A stretch of 64,000 bases of DNA, taken from contig OZ251226.1 of assembly GCA_965240325.2 (NCBI GenBank), positions 2,790,001 to 2,854,000 of the forward strand, in the 5' to 3' direction. A model generated the notes under the pieces. The model did no database searches, was not told the DNA's origin, and saw nothing but the letters and a program-made list of their open reading frames with translations. The translations under genes and the position numbers were made by a program. Position 1 is the stretch's first letter, and each line of letters starts with the position of its first letter. Source of the DNA: Rebecca billardiae RCC1528. Taxonomy: Eukaryota; Protista; Haptophyta. Of this stretch, positions 11,292 through 22,468 are shown one piece after another.

Positions 11292-12371
11292 AGGCACGCC
11301 TCGGGAATCGAGAACGCACTTGGTTAATTTTTGCGCCAATTAAAGGCACGCCTCGGGAATCGAAGCGCATGTGGTTAATTCTGCGCGCGCCGCATAGAGA
11401 TGTGGTTGCGATTCCCACAAATCTGGCGGCGATGGTCCCCGGTCGGGAGGGGCACATCGTGAGTCGTGACTTTGGCCGCCGTCGGCCCGACATGGCCACG
11501 TCGGCTGACGATGTCGTGCACGAGCTGGATAGATTCGTTCGTGGTCTACGCGGCGTGTGGCGTGCAGATGCGGAGGCGGAGCGCGGCGGCGTGCGCGCAA
11601 TTCGCCAACGACGCGCTGTCCAAACACGTCGCGCGCTGGGACGCGCGCGTCGCCGGGCTGCGTGCGCTGGAACTGCGCGACGAGCCGTTTGTGGGGAGGC
11701 GGAGCGCGGCGGCGTGCGCGCAATTCGCCAACGACGCGCTGTCCAAACACGTCGCGCGCTGGGACGCGCGCGTCGCCGGGCTGCGTGCGCTGGAACTGCG
11801 CGACGAGCCGTTTGTGGACCTGGCGCGCCTCGCCGTGCACCCGCACGAGGCCACGCGCCCCGGCGCGCGCGCGCCCGCGGCCTCGCACCCAAACTGCGAG
11901 ACGCCGGCAGCGCTCGACGCGTGCCTCGCGCAGCTGCGCGCGCGGCTGGCGAGCACGCTGAACGGCGTGGACGAGGCGCGCAACGCGGAGCGCCGCGAGG
12001 GTCACGCCGCGCGTCGAGCCGCCCCGCGCGCGGCGCGCGAGGCCGCCGCGACCGACGCGGTCGCGCGCCATCTGGGCGTCCGGCGGCAGCAGCGCGCACG
12101 ACGTGCGGAAAACCCCACGGAGCTGCAGTTACTGCACGACTACCACGCGTCGATGGCCGGCGCGCGCACGCACGGCGTGATCGGTGCGTGCCGTTGCCGT
12201 GCCGCCGTGCCCGAGCGGCCGTGCGCAGCGACGACTGCATCGACGCGCGCCTCACTCGCCGGCGCGCCTCGCTGGCGCCTCGGTGGGCCTTGCAGAAGAG
12301 TGCCGCGCTGCCGCGCCTGGCTAATGGCTAAATCGCACGCGCGACGCGCGAAGGCGCGGCAGCCCGGATGA
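11292..12371 (+). pseudogene. Decayed gene fragment or repeat relic with a 123-bp tandem duplication (11572-11817) and an upstream ~52-bp direct repeat
   Basis: RRSAAACAQFANDALSKHVARWDARVAGLRALELRDEPFV occurs twice. AGGCACGCCTCGGGAATCGA...GGTTAATT occurs twice. The ATG-initiated frame (11492) and the duplicated frame differ, implying a frameshift. Confidence 0.45.
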
Positions 12372-12844
12372 TACCGTTAGTCAGCGCTGAACGGCCAACT
12401 CGTCCCATCGTCGTCGGGTCTGCCGGCCCTGGCAAGCTTCTCCGTCGCGTCCTAGACGCGCTGTGTTCGACCAGCCCCACCGGGAAAAGGCCGCTAGGCC
12501 CCCGCTGTTTTGAGCAGTACTACGGGTCGTAGGTAGCAAGCACTGGAATAGCTGATTAGGTCGGACGGTAGCTTACCTAGCTGCTGTCACACCGGAGCTG
12601 TGCCACGCCGGCCACGCCAACACGTGCGCGCGGGTCCGCCCGGGCCGGCGGCAAGAAGGCCGGAAAACTTCCGCCGCTATAAAAACTAAAAAGGGCCGCG
12701 GGCGCGTTCCGTCCGGTTCCAGAGCGAAAACACAGGACCCGATCTGAGATTCCAAGGAACGCGCAACGCGTGCGGCCGTAGTCCGCAGCGCAAGAGTGGA
12801 ACGGGCCGTTCGTGGACTTCGCGCGCGAGGCCCGAGATCCCAGC

Positions 12845-13387
12845 ATGACCAGCGAGATGCGGGCGCGGCCCAACATCCTGGTGACGGGCACACCTGGCAC
12901 GGGCAAGTCGACCACGGCGCAGCAGCTCGGGGCACGGCTGCCTGGCTTCACGGTGATTGAGCTCGGTGAGCTGATCAAGTCCAAGCAGCTTCACGCTGGT
13001 TGGGATGCAGAGCACGAAGCGTACCTGTGGGACGAAGATCGCATCTGTGACGAGCTCGAGGAGGTCATGGCTGGCGGTGGTGTCGTCCTTGACTTCCACG
13101 GTGCAGACTTCTTTCCTGAGCGCTGGTTTGATTTGATTGTCGTGCTGCGCACCGACAACTCTGTTTTGTATGACAGGCTGGCGGCACGCGGCTACTCTCA
13201 GCAGAAGCTGCAAGAGAACTTAGAGGCGGAGATCATGCAAGTGGTCGTTGACGAAGTGACTGGCGCGTATCGGGAAGAGATTGTGGTCCAGTGGCACAGC
13301 AACAGCCTCGAGGAGCTGGAGGCAAACGTGGAACGTGCAGCGCAGTGGGCCCTGCAGTGGCAGGGCTCGGGCACACCTGCCCCGTGA
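12845..13387 (+). CDS. AK6: Adenylate kinase isoenzyme 6 (Fap7/hCINAP)
   Basis: PNILVTGTPGTGKST, DFHGADFFPERWFDLIVVLRTDN, LYDRLAARGY and ENLEAEI motifs. Confidence 0.95.
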   Translation: MTSEMRARPNILVTGTPGTGKSTTAQQLGARLPGFTVIELGELIKSKQLHAGWDAEHEAYLWDEDRICDELEEVMAGGGVVLDFHGADFFPERWFDLIVVLRTDNSVLYDRLAARGYSQQKLQENLEAEIMQVVVDEVTGAYREEIVVQWHSNSLEELEANVERAAQWALQWQGSGTPAP

Positions 13388-14196
13388 GTCGGCCTAGCTC
13401 GACTGCGACGCCAGCTGTGCAGTATCATTAGGCAGTCTCCATTGGCGCTGTATCTCAGTCAGTCGGTCGCACTCGGCGCTCCTCCCCGCAGCCCACGCCG
13501 GCGGTCGTCCGAGCGCCACTGATCCCGATGCTGCAGAGCCAGCCTGCCGATGGCCGGCGCCGGCGCCGCCCGGCGCGGCCGCCGGCGGCCGGCGCCCCTC
13601 GCCGGGGCGTCCGCGTGGAACGGGTCGGGACTCGGGGGCTCCGGGTTCGGTTGACCTCCCTAAGTCCGGTCAATGGAGCGTTACTCATCTTGACATGGAG
13701 ATCGGCGGGATCGCCCTCTGAGTGCCATAGATCTACTAAATGATCGCTCTCGGCCTAGACCACCCCAGGCGGTCGGACCTTACTTCGGCTCCGCCGGGAG
13801 CCAGGAGCCCTGCGGCTGCGGCCGCTGCCGGCGGGCCTGCCGCCTGCGATGAGTGCGAGACCGGTCGTGGCACCCCGGTCGTCCATTTCCGGTCGTGGCG
13901 CCGCGTTATGAATGAGGTCAGAGGTCACTGGGTCGTCGTGGCGGCACGCCGGCACGGCCTCGACGACCGATCGATATAACGACTAGCTAACAGTCCGATA
14001 TGATCAGCAGTACAATAGCTACTACCGGGAGCCTACTGTACTCAACTTCGGCGGCGGTCGCGGATCATCCCGGGCGACTGGGCGAGGCTCCTCCGATCTG
14101 CCCCCAAAACTGCATGCGTGTATCTCCATACGCGTGCATGGGGCATGGGCTCCGACTGCGATATCCTGATGCCGACGGGGATGGAGGTGTTCATCC

Positions 14197-14850
14197 TCAT
14201 GCCGTTGCGCTGGGGTAGCCGTCGTCCTCTGCATCGTCGCTCTCAGTATCTCCGTCATCTGTCGCGTTGGAGTCGGCGTTGGAGTCGCAGTCGTTGCTGC
14301 CGCCGCCGATGCCAGCACGCGGCGGGTAGAGCACCTGTTCGCCTCGCCCGAGCCAGTCATCGTAGCCCAGCCACTTCGTGCCACGCGAGGGGTAGTACAG
14401 GTGCGGGCGGGCTGGAATGCGAAGTTCCTCGAGCAGCTCGGGCTCGTTTTCGACCATTTCCCACCATGCCTGCTGAGTGCGAAGGCCCAGCCTGTGCACC
14501 TCGCCACGCGCCTCGTCGTATGGACGAGGAACACCTAGCCAGTCGTCCCAACCTTGCCAGTCATCTGGATACATCGACTTCGGATCAGATGGCATGTACG
14601 GGCCGAGCGAGGGCGATGCCTTCCCATCCCCCACCCAATCATCCCAGTCCGCCTTTGAAAAGCCCAGCGACCGCGCTGCGTTGCGCGCGACATGAAAGGG
14701 CAGTAGCCGTCTATAGCGTGCGCGCCAGCGCGGTCGGTTCTCTGCGCGGCCAAGCGAACTTTGAAGGGCGAGGAGCAGTGTGACCACCACTCCAGAGAGC
14801 CGCCGAGCCAAGGGGACTCCCCGTGGCCGAGCAGAGCTGTCCGCCATCAT
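14197..14850 (-). CDS. Protein with two integrase-repeat-like units and an N-terminal hydrophobic leader
   Basis: Two units of the form P[FY]x[EV]AR...LG[FL]...W...PxxP...Y...WxG[WY]DDWLG, followed by an acidic tail. Confidence 0.7.
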   Translation of the reverse strand: MMADSSARPRGVPLARRLSGVVVTLLLALQSSLGRAENRPRWRARYRRLLPFHVARNAARSLGFSKADWDDWVGDGKASPSLGPYMPSDPKSMYPDDWQGWDDWLGVPRPYDEARGEVHRLGLRTQQAWWEMVENEPELLEELRIPARPHLYYPSRGTKWLGYDDWLGRGEQVLYPPRAGIGGGSNDCDSNADSNATDDGDTESDDAEDDGYPSATA

Positions 14851-14946
14851 CGTTCCGGGGGTTCGGCCAATAATCGCGGCCAATCCCGATCGCCATCTCT
14901 CGGCGGGGAAAAGCCACTGCTGCTCAAAAATCGACGACATATCCCC

Positions 14947-15233
14947 ATATATTAACGACGTGGTATGCAACGGGCAGGCGTCAGAGTCAGCAAGCTGTAG
15001 CAGCAGATCGAGCAGCAGAGACAAACACCAGGATCAGCGCTCCTCGCCGTCGTCCCCCTTAACGACGTGGTATGCAACGGGCAGGCGTCAGAGTCAGCAA
15101 GCTGTAGCAGCAGATCGAGCAGCAGAGACAAACACCAGGATCAGCGCTCCATATATATATATTAACGACGTGGTATGCAACGGGCAGGCGTCAGAGTCAG
15201 CAAGCTGTAGCATATGCAACGTCGTTAATATAT
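14947..15233. mobile_element. MITE-like element with 15-bp TIR and internal ~3x tandem duplication
   Basis: ATATATTAACGACGT (14947) and ACGTCGTTAATATAT (15219-15233). The left-end unit recurs at ~15059 and ~15157. Confidence 0.6.
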
Positions 15234-15355
15234 AATTATGCCTGTAATTATCCCCATAATATGGGGGTACGGAAAAAATACGTTGCGCGAAGCACGGCGG
15301 GTGGGTAGACGCACGGCGGTTTCAGTTTCCATACGTGGCCAGGCTGACGAACAGC

Positions 15356-16442
15356 ATGATGGAGGCTTTGCCGCCTCTTGAGAGAAGGGGGCACACCTCC
15401 TCCGGGATTCCGCTACACGATGCGGCGCGCGCCTCGGTGGCACGCGAGAAGCAGCGCATGCGAAGCCACGCCTCTACGCAGACAACCTCATCTGAGATCA
15501 TCCCGCTTAAGCAGGTGCAGTCCAACCTGCAGCGGATGTGGACGGTACGTCCTGCACTTGCTTTGGCAGCGCAGATTGCGCGCGTGCCTGCTTGCCCACG
15601 CGCCGAAGTGGGCATTCTGGAGCCCCGTGGACCGACACAACGCGGCGATTCCCCGTAACCCCCGCCGCGCGCAGGAGATGAGCGCGGTCCAGGCCGAGCT
15701 CAAGTTTGCGGAGCAGAAGCTGCGGTATCAGATGCGTGAGGAGCTGCAGCTCCAGCTCGACTTTCAGGAGGAGCGGTGCAGCGACAAGCTGCGCTTCATG
15801 CGCTCCAAGGCGGATACGCACGTGAGCCAGGTGCGCAAGGCGAGCTACGCCAAGGCGAAGTCCGAGATCGTCCGCCACCAGCGCGAGGACCGCGCGCAGC
15901 GCGAGCAGCAGGCGGCGGCGGAGCAGCGCTCTGCTGAGGAGCAGCATGCTGAGGAGGTGCGTGAGCTCAATAGCCTGCAGCGGCAGTATATCCTGCGGCT
16001 GCAGGAGGTGCAGATTGAGAACCGCAATCTGCACGCCCGCATCAAGAAGGGGGACGAGGCCCTCGCGCAGAAGGATCACGAGTCGCGCGCGGCGCAGCAT
16101 CGTGACGTGCAGGTGATCTCCTCGCTCGAGCAGCAGGTCACCGCAAAGGAGCAGGAGATCCAGATGCTGCGCGAACAGCTCGCGGCGTACAAGCGGCAGG
16201 CGGACGCTGCTTCGAATGCTCCGAGCGCACCTGTCGCGCCACCTGCGCTGCCCAGCGGCTTCCACAGCGGGCCGAACGCCACGGCCGAGAGCTTTGCTAA
16301 ACAGCGGCATGCGCAGGCCCAGTCACCTGATCTGCGTGCACAGGACCCGGAGGCACCGGATGGTGGGCCCGGTGGCCCTGGCCCTGGCTTGACCGGGACC
16401 AAGCACATCCTTGTCTCGCTGCAAGAAACTACCGACGAATGA
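15356..16442 (+). CDS. Coiled-coil protein, DUF4709/C10orf67-like; exons 15356-15544, 15675-16442
   Basis: STQTTSSEIIPLK...ELKFAEQKL resembles my recollection of the DUF4709 motif. A GTACGT..GCAG intron joins the two ORFs in phase 0. Confidence 0.6.
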
Positions 16443-17413
16443 TATAATGACTACTACGCATATGGCCGGGCGGATCTGTGAGACTGCTTATGTGAGAGAC
16501 GCGCGCGTCTAAATTTTCGGAAATTACTGCTACCTGAGTAATAATTAATAATAAGTGAGTATAAATACGTGCTATATATTAACGACGTGGTGTGCTATAT
16601 ATATAATATTAAGTATTATTATAAGGCTATATGAAACGCCTAACTAGCGGTAACTTCGGCCGCTGTGACCTGTGTACAGTTTATTACTATATGATTTAAC
16701 GTGCACACTTGGTTAAGGCGTGATTACAGTGTCACTGACACTGTCAGTACTCAGTCGTAGTGTGTCTCGATCAAGTTCCGCTGCTGTCTCTTAATTGGCG
16801 GCAAAGTCGTCTAGTCTTTGGCCCGGCGCGGCGCCGGCGGGGCGGCGGCGGGCCGGCGCCGACCGCGGGCTGACCACAGACCAGCGACCGCGGCGGCGAC
16901 GCGGTCGCGCCGACGACGTACCGATCAATCGCGGTCGCGGATCACGAGTGCGGCAGTGTCAGTGACGAGGTCGAGTGTCGAGTCACGACCGCGACCGGGC
17001 CGGACCGCCGGTTTGTTCGCTCAGATGAATAAGCCTGATCACCCTGATGTATATATATGAGGGCCGCGGGGTCGGCGCGACTCAGACTACTGTACCTGTA
17101 TTATTATTCCGTAAATCACTATTTAAATGCCCGTATAGTAATCCGAGTACTTAAATACGATGGCAGCGGGCTACTGCGGCCGCGGCCGCGGGGCCGCGGC
17201 GGCGCGCGGCTCCGTGACCGTCCGCGACCCGACACGAGTCGAATGACGAATGAGTCGTCGACAAATCTCGTTGGTGACACTCGGAGTCTCGGTCGGTAGT
17301 GGACGGTAGCAGCCAGTGCCTGTGGCAGTGGCCGAGTGAGCCTGGCGCCCTGGCGGCCCGCGCAGAATGAGCTGCCAGGCTCTCACCCAGACCACGCCGA
17401 GTGTACTGCATGT

Positions 17414-19765
17414 TCAGATATCGGGAATCGGCCGATGGAGACGCTGGGCCAGAGCGACATGCGGCGAGAAGGACGGCGATGGCGGCCGCTGGACTCCGCG
17501 AGAGCTCGGCGCCTTGTGCCCGCCGAAAAGAGCTCGAGCCGACATCAGGTCACCCTGCGAGTCACTGCGTGCGCCGCGCGCGCTATTGGGCTGCCTTTGG
17601 CTGAATCTGTGCGCGTTTCTGTCGGCGTTGCTGGCAGGCCGCGCCGTCAGGTTCCCCCGCGTGCGCGAGTCACCGTCCGGAGGAGAGTCGTGCGGTGATC
17701 CCGCCTTGCCGGCCGCGCGCGACGCGCGCGCGCGCATCAGTTCGAGCAGCGCGCGCTCCTCGTCCTTGCTCATCACACCTGTCGACAAGCCGGCGGCAGG
17801 CATTGCAACGGCCGAGGCCACGAAGCGCCGGCGTGCCTCCCGCCGCTGCTGCTCGCGCTTGGGTGGCGCAAGCAGCAGGCTCTCGTCCTGTGGCTGCACG
17901 CCCAGCCGTAGCAGCACCAGGTCGAGCGGGTCAAACTGGTAGGTGCCTGCGCCGCCCGCCAGCCCCTCCGCATCGGGAGCTTTCTCGCCACCAGCCGGGC
18001 CCGCTGCCTCCCTCTGGTCAGAGTGGTCGCTCGGCGTTGAGAGCTCAGGCTCGGCGTCGTCGGCGCGCACGCCCGCCCTGAAGGTGGCGAGGGAGGCCTT
18101 CCACCGCCGCCGGCTCTCCTTGTCCCGCGAGCTGCGCTCGGCCTCGAGGCGCGACGAGGCGTGCAGGGAGCCCGCCGCCGACCGGCCGCCGGCCGCCGCG
18201 CCTTTGTTGGCACCATCCTGAGCGCTTGGCCCGACCCCAGGCTCCGGCACCGTCTCCACCCGCACCGCCTCGCTCGGCATGGATGCCGGGCGCGTCGGCT
18301 CCCACGCCGCGACCGGGCGCCCCGGCGACGCGGCCCGCTCCTGTTGGATGCGGTGTAGCAGCGCAGCGACGGTCGGTGCGCGCGGTGTGCTCAACACCAC
18401 CTCGCCCACCGACCCGCGCGGCGCGCGAGTCGGAGGCCCAGCCCGAGTTGGCGACGCGACGCCGGTGCGCTCGGCGCCGTATTCTGGCCCCTCCTCGCCG
18501 TCAGACTCAATGATGGCCTGGGCGCCGTGGACCTGATCACGTGGCACGGCGCCCACCGCCGCTTGGGTGGGCACTGCGAGCTGGGCCGGAAAGCTCCAGC
18601 GCTCTTGCTCCGCGCCTGCACGCTGGCCGGCTCGCTCATGGTGGGATGGTGTCGGCGTCGATGGCGGCAGCGGAGTGCCCGCCAGCAGCGCCGCGAAGCG
18701 CTGATGGCGTGCGGCCAGCTGATCCGCGGGGGCATACGTGCTGTCACTGCGGAATGAGTGCGAGCGGAAGCTCTCGCGCGGTCCGGCCTGCGCAATCGCC
18801 AGAGTCAGACGCGCCGCCCCAGCCGTCGGCGCGCGGCGCCAGCGCGGCGACCTGGACACGCGCGGCTCAGCAGCGGCGCGCCACACGCGGTCGAGCTGGG
18901 CGCCGTCTGGCGTGCCCGGGGAGGCAGGGCGAGCCAACGGCTCAGCGCCGGCGGCTGCAAGCGCCGCGGCCTCCTCCGCCTCCTCTGCCGTGACGCCGCC
19001 GTCCTCCAGCGGCCGAGGGCTGACCACCTCAGGCCGCTCCGGCCTGGGCGCAGATGCAAACGTCGCCGGCCGCAGGCCGCGTGCGGGAGCGTCCGAGCGC
19101 GCGCTGGCGGCGGTGGGCGAGCGAGGCGAGCGAAGCGAGCGCGACGAAGCGTGTTGCTGAGCGTACATGCCACGCCGAGCACCCAGGAACCTTCCGCTCT
19201 CCCCAATCTTCTCCGCATTCGTCCGCGTCGCGTCCCGGTGCGCCGCGACGCGTGCGTGCCGGATCGCCAAGCTCAGCTTCGCGTCAGCGAGCAGCTCGAG
19301 CTCGGCTGCGCTCACCGCGCGTGTGTGCGGGAACTGCGAGCCTCGGCGTGTGGGAGCGTACTTGGAGGTCGGGTCGGCGTTGAGCCCCGCGATCGTCGCC
19401 GCGCGCTGCCGGAACTTGCGCGGCGGAGAGGGCTGCGAGCTCGGGTTGCCAAACTTCGGCGAGGCCGAGCCGCCCCGGCCCGTGCGCATGTCTACTGCGT
19501 TCGCAGACGCCCTGGTAGTGCGTGTAGATGATGAACGCACGCCGTCGGGGGCGGCACGGGGCGTGGGGAGCCCGGCCCTGTGCTGCATGCCGGCGAGCTC
19601 CGATTGCCGGTGCCGCATTCTCCCAATGTTGCGCGCGCGCGCTTCGTCGTGCAGTTGGCGCTGCACATCAAGTCGGGCGGCCGCCGCGCCACCCGCACGA
19701 TTGTCTCCGAGCGCCGGGCGCGCTGTGTGCGGCCTGCGAGGCGCTGGCCGAACCGCATGGCTCAT
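17414..19765 (-). CDS. Hypothetical low-complexity/disordered protein (783 aa)
   Basis: Long ATG-initiated ORF, head-to-head with the PDZ gene. No recognised domain. Confidence 0.5.
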   Translation of the reverse strand: MSHAVRPAPRRPHTARPALGDNRAGGAAAARLDVQRQLHDEARARNIGRMRHRQSELAGMQHRAGLPTPRAAPDGVRSSSTRTTRASANAVDMRTGRGGSASPKFGNPSSQPSPPRKFRQRAATIAGLNADPTSKYAPTRRGSQFPHTRAVSAAELELLADAKLSLAIRHARVAAHRDATRTNAEKIGESGRFLGARRGMYAQQHASSRSLRSPRSPTAASARSDAPARGLRPATFASAPRPERPEVVSPRPLEDGGVTAEEAEEAAALAAAGAEPLARPASPGTPDGAQLDRVWRAAAEPRVSRSPRWRRAPTAGAARLTLAIAQAGPRESFRSHSFRSDSTYAPADQLAARHQRFAALLAGTPLPPSTPTPSHHERAGQRAGAEQERWSFPAQLAVPTQAAVGAVPRDQVHGAQAIIESDGEEGPEYGAERTGVASPTRAGPPTRAPRGSVGEVVLSTPRAPTVAALLHRIQQERAASPGRPVAAWEPTRPASMPSEAVRVETVPEPGVGPSAQDGANKGAAAGGRSAAGSLHASSRLEAERSSRDKESRRRWKASLATFRAGVRADDAEPELSTPSDHSDQREAAGPAGGEKAPDAEGLAGGAGTYQFDPLDLVLLRLGVQPQDESLLLAPPKREQQRREARRRFVASAVAMPAAGLSTGVMSKDEERALLELMRARASRAAGKAGSPHDSPPDGDSRTRGNLTARPASNADRNAHRFSQRQPNSARGARSDSQGDLMSARALFGGHKAPSSRGVQRPPSPSFSPHVALAQRLHRPIPDI

Positions 19766-19884
19766 GCTTCAAAGCAGGCGGAGCTCATGCTGAAACGACC
19801 GCCATCGCCCGTCTTCGGCCAAGTCCAGATCAGCTCCTGCGATCGGCATCGCCATCGGCAACCCACCCAACTCACTCCTCCGAG

Positions 19885-20394
19885 ATGCTGGCCATCTTCG
19901 GCCTAGCGGCCCTGAGCTTCTCCCCATCTGGGAACGGATGGCCGGCGTCGGCACGATCTCGGCTGGGGCCTCGCACACGCCCGTGCATGGAGTTCGGTGA
20001 CTCGTTCTATGTGTCGCACGACTCACCCGAACCGTATGGCCCGAAGGGTGGTCCTGCGCCGCTGCCGGAGGGTGTGTACGAGATCTCCCTGCAGAAGCCC
20101 CTGGGAATCGGGTTCGAGGAGAACGACTTTCCGCAGCGTGGGGTCAAGGTGAACATGCTGGTCGGCGGTGGCAACGCCGAGAAGTCGAGGGCTGTCCAAG
20201 TCGGTGATCAGTTGGTCGGCGTCACTGGCGTGAGGCTGGTTGGCGCCAAGCACGAGCGGCAGATGTTCGATTGCTCCAAGTGGGACTTTGACACAGTGGT
20301 CGACGCCATCGGCTCAAACGAAGATCGCTTCGGATGCGCCGATGTCGTGCTGCAATTCCAGCGTGGGGAAGCAGGGGGTAGCACTGAAGACTGA
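19885..20394 (+). CDS. PDZ-domain protein, probably plastid-targeted
   Basis: Leader MLAIFGLAALSF plus an S/R-rich transit-like region. PDZ motifs LQKPLGIGFEE and GGNAEKS..VQVGDQLVGV. Confidence 0.8.
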   Translation: MLAIFGLAALSFSPSGNGWPASARSRLGPRTRPCMEFGDSFYVSHDSPEPYGPKGGPAPLPEGVYEISLQKPLGIGFEENDFPQRGVKVNMLVGGGNAEKSRAVQVGDQLVGVTGVRLVGAKHERQMFDCSKWDFDTVVDAIGSNEDRFGCADVVLQFQRGEAGGSTED

Positions 20395-20645
20395 GATGCC
20401 CGTAGTCTCGCCGCGGGAAGTACTCTGGCGTCGTTCAGACCGAGGCCGAGTCCGAGTCGCTGTCGTCGTTTGCGCTGTCTACTGTGCCGCCGGTGGGCCG
20501 GCCGGTGGGCGTGTGGCGGCGAGTGGTGCCTGCCAGCTAGACATGAACTGACTTATTAAGTCTGTACAGCTACGGCCACTACCGTGGATGATTGAGTCAC
20601 GAGTACGTGTGTAAACTGTCAATAAGCGGCTAGCTGCGCGGCTGT

Positions 20646-22061
20646 CTACTCGGTCTTGCCGACGTTAACACCGACGTGGATCGGTGCCTGCGCCCAGATG
20701 GGCTCGTCGCGGTTGGCCAAGTGAACGCTGTGGACGCTCGAGCGCAGGCTGCTGTCGTCTGCCAAACTCACTAAACTGCTCGCCGGCCCGAGCAGACTTG
20801 TCGACTGTTCGCGTTCGACAACCGTCACCGAGAGGGGACTGTCCAGCTGCGGGGCGAGCTCGTGCTGGTCATGATTCGGGGCGAGCTCGTGCTGGTCATG
20901 ATTCTCCGCGAGTTGCAGCTCTTCCGGCACCGTGCGCTGCCCCGCAGCAAGGGACGCTGCGGGCATGGGCTGTTGCCCGCTGGGCGCAGCGGTGAGGTCG
21001 ACGAGGACTTGGCCGGCCAGGAGACATGCCATGAACGCAGACGCGTATGGCTTGCCCGCCGCCAATACACACAGCGCCGGGCCGGGGCAGAGCCCAGCGA
21101 GGCCCCACCCAACGCCGAACAGCGCAGCGCCACCCACCAGCGCGGGCGTGATGCTCGTCGCAGTAGGCAGCTCGAACTTGCAGCCCAGCACCGGCCGGCG
21201 GCAGCGCAGGATGACTCGGAAGCTGGCGAGGCAGAGACACGCCGCGCCAAAGAGAACAAAGGCCAGCGTCGGGTCCCAGCCTTCATCGTCTTCGGTGGCG
21301 GCAGCTGTCGCAGCCGTTGCACCCGCGGCTCGGCCCCCGCGCACCTCGTTTGAGAACGGGCTGAGGAAGCGCAGCACGCGTGACGGCTGGGTCATGCCGG
21401 AGAGGGTCAGACCACCACCAAAGCCCGCACCGAGGAGGACGCACAGAAGGATATCTGTCGTCCGCGGAGGTTCGGCCCGCTGAGAGCTCTCCTGCTTCCA
21501 CGCATCGACGACCAATGCGAGCACGGCGGTACTCAACCCGCCAAGCACCGCCGCGCGCTGCTCGGCAACGGGCTCAGCCGGGCGGACAAGCGCCATGCGT
21601 GCACCGGTCACGCTGAGAGCGCTCGAGGTCGCAAAGCCTGTGCAGAGGAAGGTGACGACGGCAACAAGCGAGCGCTTAGAGAGGCGTGCGAGACCGCAGA
21701 CGCCGTGGCCAGACGTGCACCCGTTGCTGATCTTCGTGCCGACGCCGACCAGGAGGCCTGCAGCCGCGGCCACCTCCGGCGTTGGGTCGAGCGCATCGGG
21801 TGCGAACGCTGCAGGCCGCGCCGCGCTGATGATCGCGCCCACTGCCATCAGGCCGGCGAGGAATGCGAGGCGCCACGGCCGGCTGGCGAGGGGCAGGGTA
21901 GCTGACGAGAGCGCCGAGCACATGCCGCTGATGCCAGTGATGCGTCCGCACGCGTACAGATGGCAGGATGCGATCAGCCCGATCATCAGGCCACCGGTGA
22001 GGCCGAGCAGAGCTGACTCCAGTGTGAATGACGCGCTGATGGCGACCTCGCTGTGGCCCAT
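20646..22061 (-). CDS. YeeE/YedE sulfur-compound transporter, two fused domains
   Basis: GRITGISG, NGCTSGHGVCGLARLSKRSL, LSGMTQP, WDPTL and LFGVGWGLAGLCPGP motifs. Confidence 0.9.
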   Translation of the reverse strand: MGHSEVAISASFTLESALLGLTGGLMIGLIASCHLYACGRITGISGMCSALSSATLPLASRPWRLAFLAGLMAVGAIISAARPAAFAPDALDPTPEVAAAAGLLVGVGTKISNGCTSGHGVCGLARLSKRSLVAVVTFLCTGFATSSALSVTGARMALVRPAEPVAEQRAAVLGGLSTAVLALVVDAWKQESSQRAEPPRTTDILLCVLLGAGFGGGLTLSGMTQPSRVLRFLSPFSNEVRGGRAAGATAATAAATEDDEGWDPTLAFVLFGAACLCLASFRVILRCRRPVLGCKFELPTATSITPALVGGAALFGVGWGLAGLCPGPALCVLAAGKPYASAFMACLLAGQVLVDLTAAPSGQQPMPAASLAAGQRTVPEELQLAENHDQHELAPNHDQHELAPQLDSPLSVTVVEREQSTSLLGPASSLVSLADDSSLRSSVHSVHLANRDEPIWAQAPIHVGVNVGKTE

Positions 22062-22468
22062 GACCTCGACCTGCTCGTCCCGTCAGCCTCAGGCCGACGC
22101 GGCAGCCAGGCTCCCTTCCATTCCCGGTGGTGCCAGGTTCCGATGCGGAGTTGCGGACGAATATTCGAAAATAAACTTTGTGGGCGTGCGTCGTCCTTCC
22201 GGGCGTCCTTGTCCAGATTCCGGCCCGCGCGAAGGATCCGGATCAAACAGCCCTGCATGCTCAGATGCTGCCATGAGCTGCCAGTCGCCCCAGTCTCATA
22301 CTAAAGGCATACTGTGCCATACGCGGCGCGCTGCCATACATGCGCCTGCCAGCCGCCACCCCCGCCCCGCCCTCGCGTCCCAGGGCGGGCCCCATCCTCC
22401 GACTCTGCCCGATCAGTAATTCAGTATGCAGTAGTACCGCGCATTGATGCGCGATCGCCGATCAACTA

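Noticed and set aside
21283-21344. Possible intron in the YeeE gene starting GTGCGC
   Set aside because: The nearby AG acceptors I checked are out of phase and the frame is already open; left as a loop insertion pending RNA-seq.
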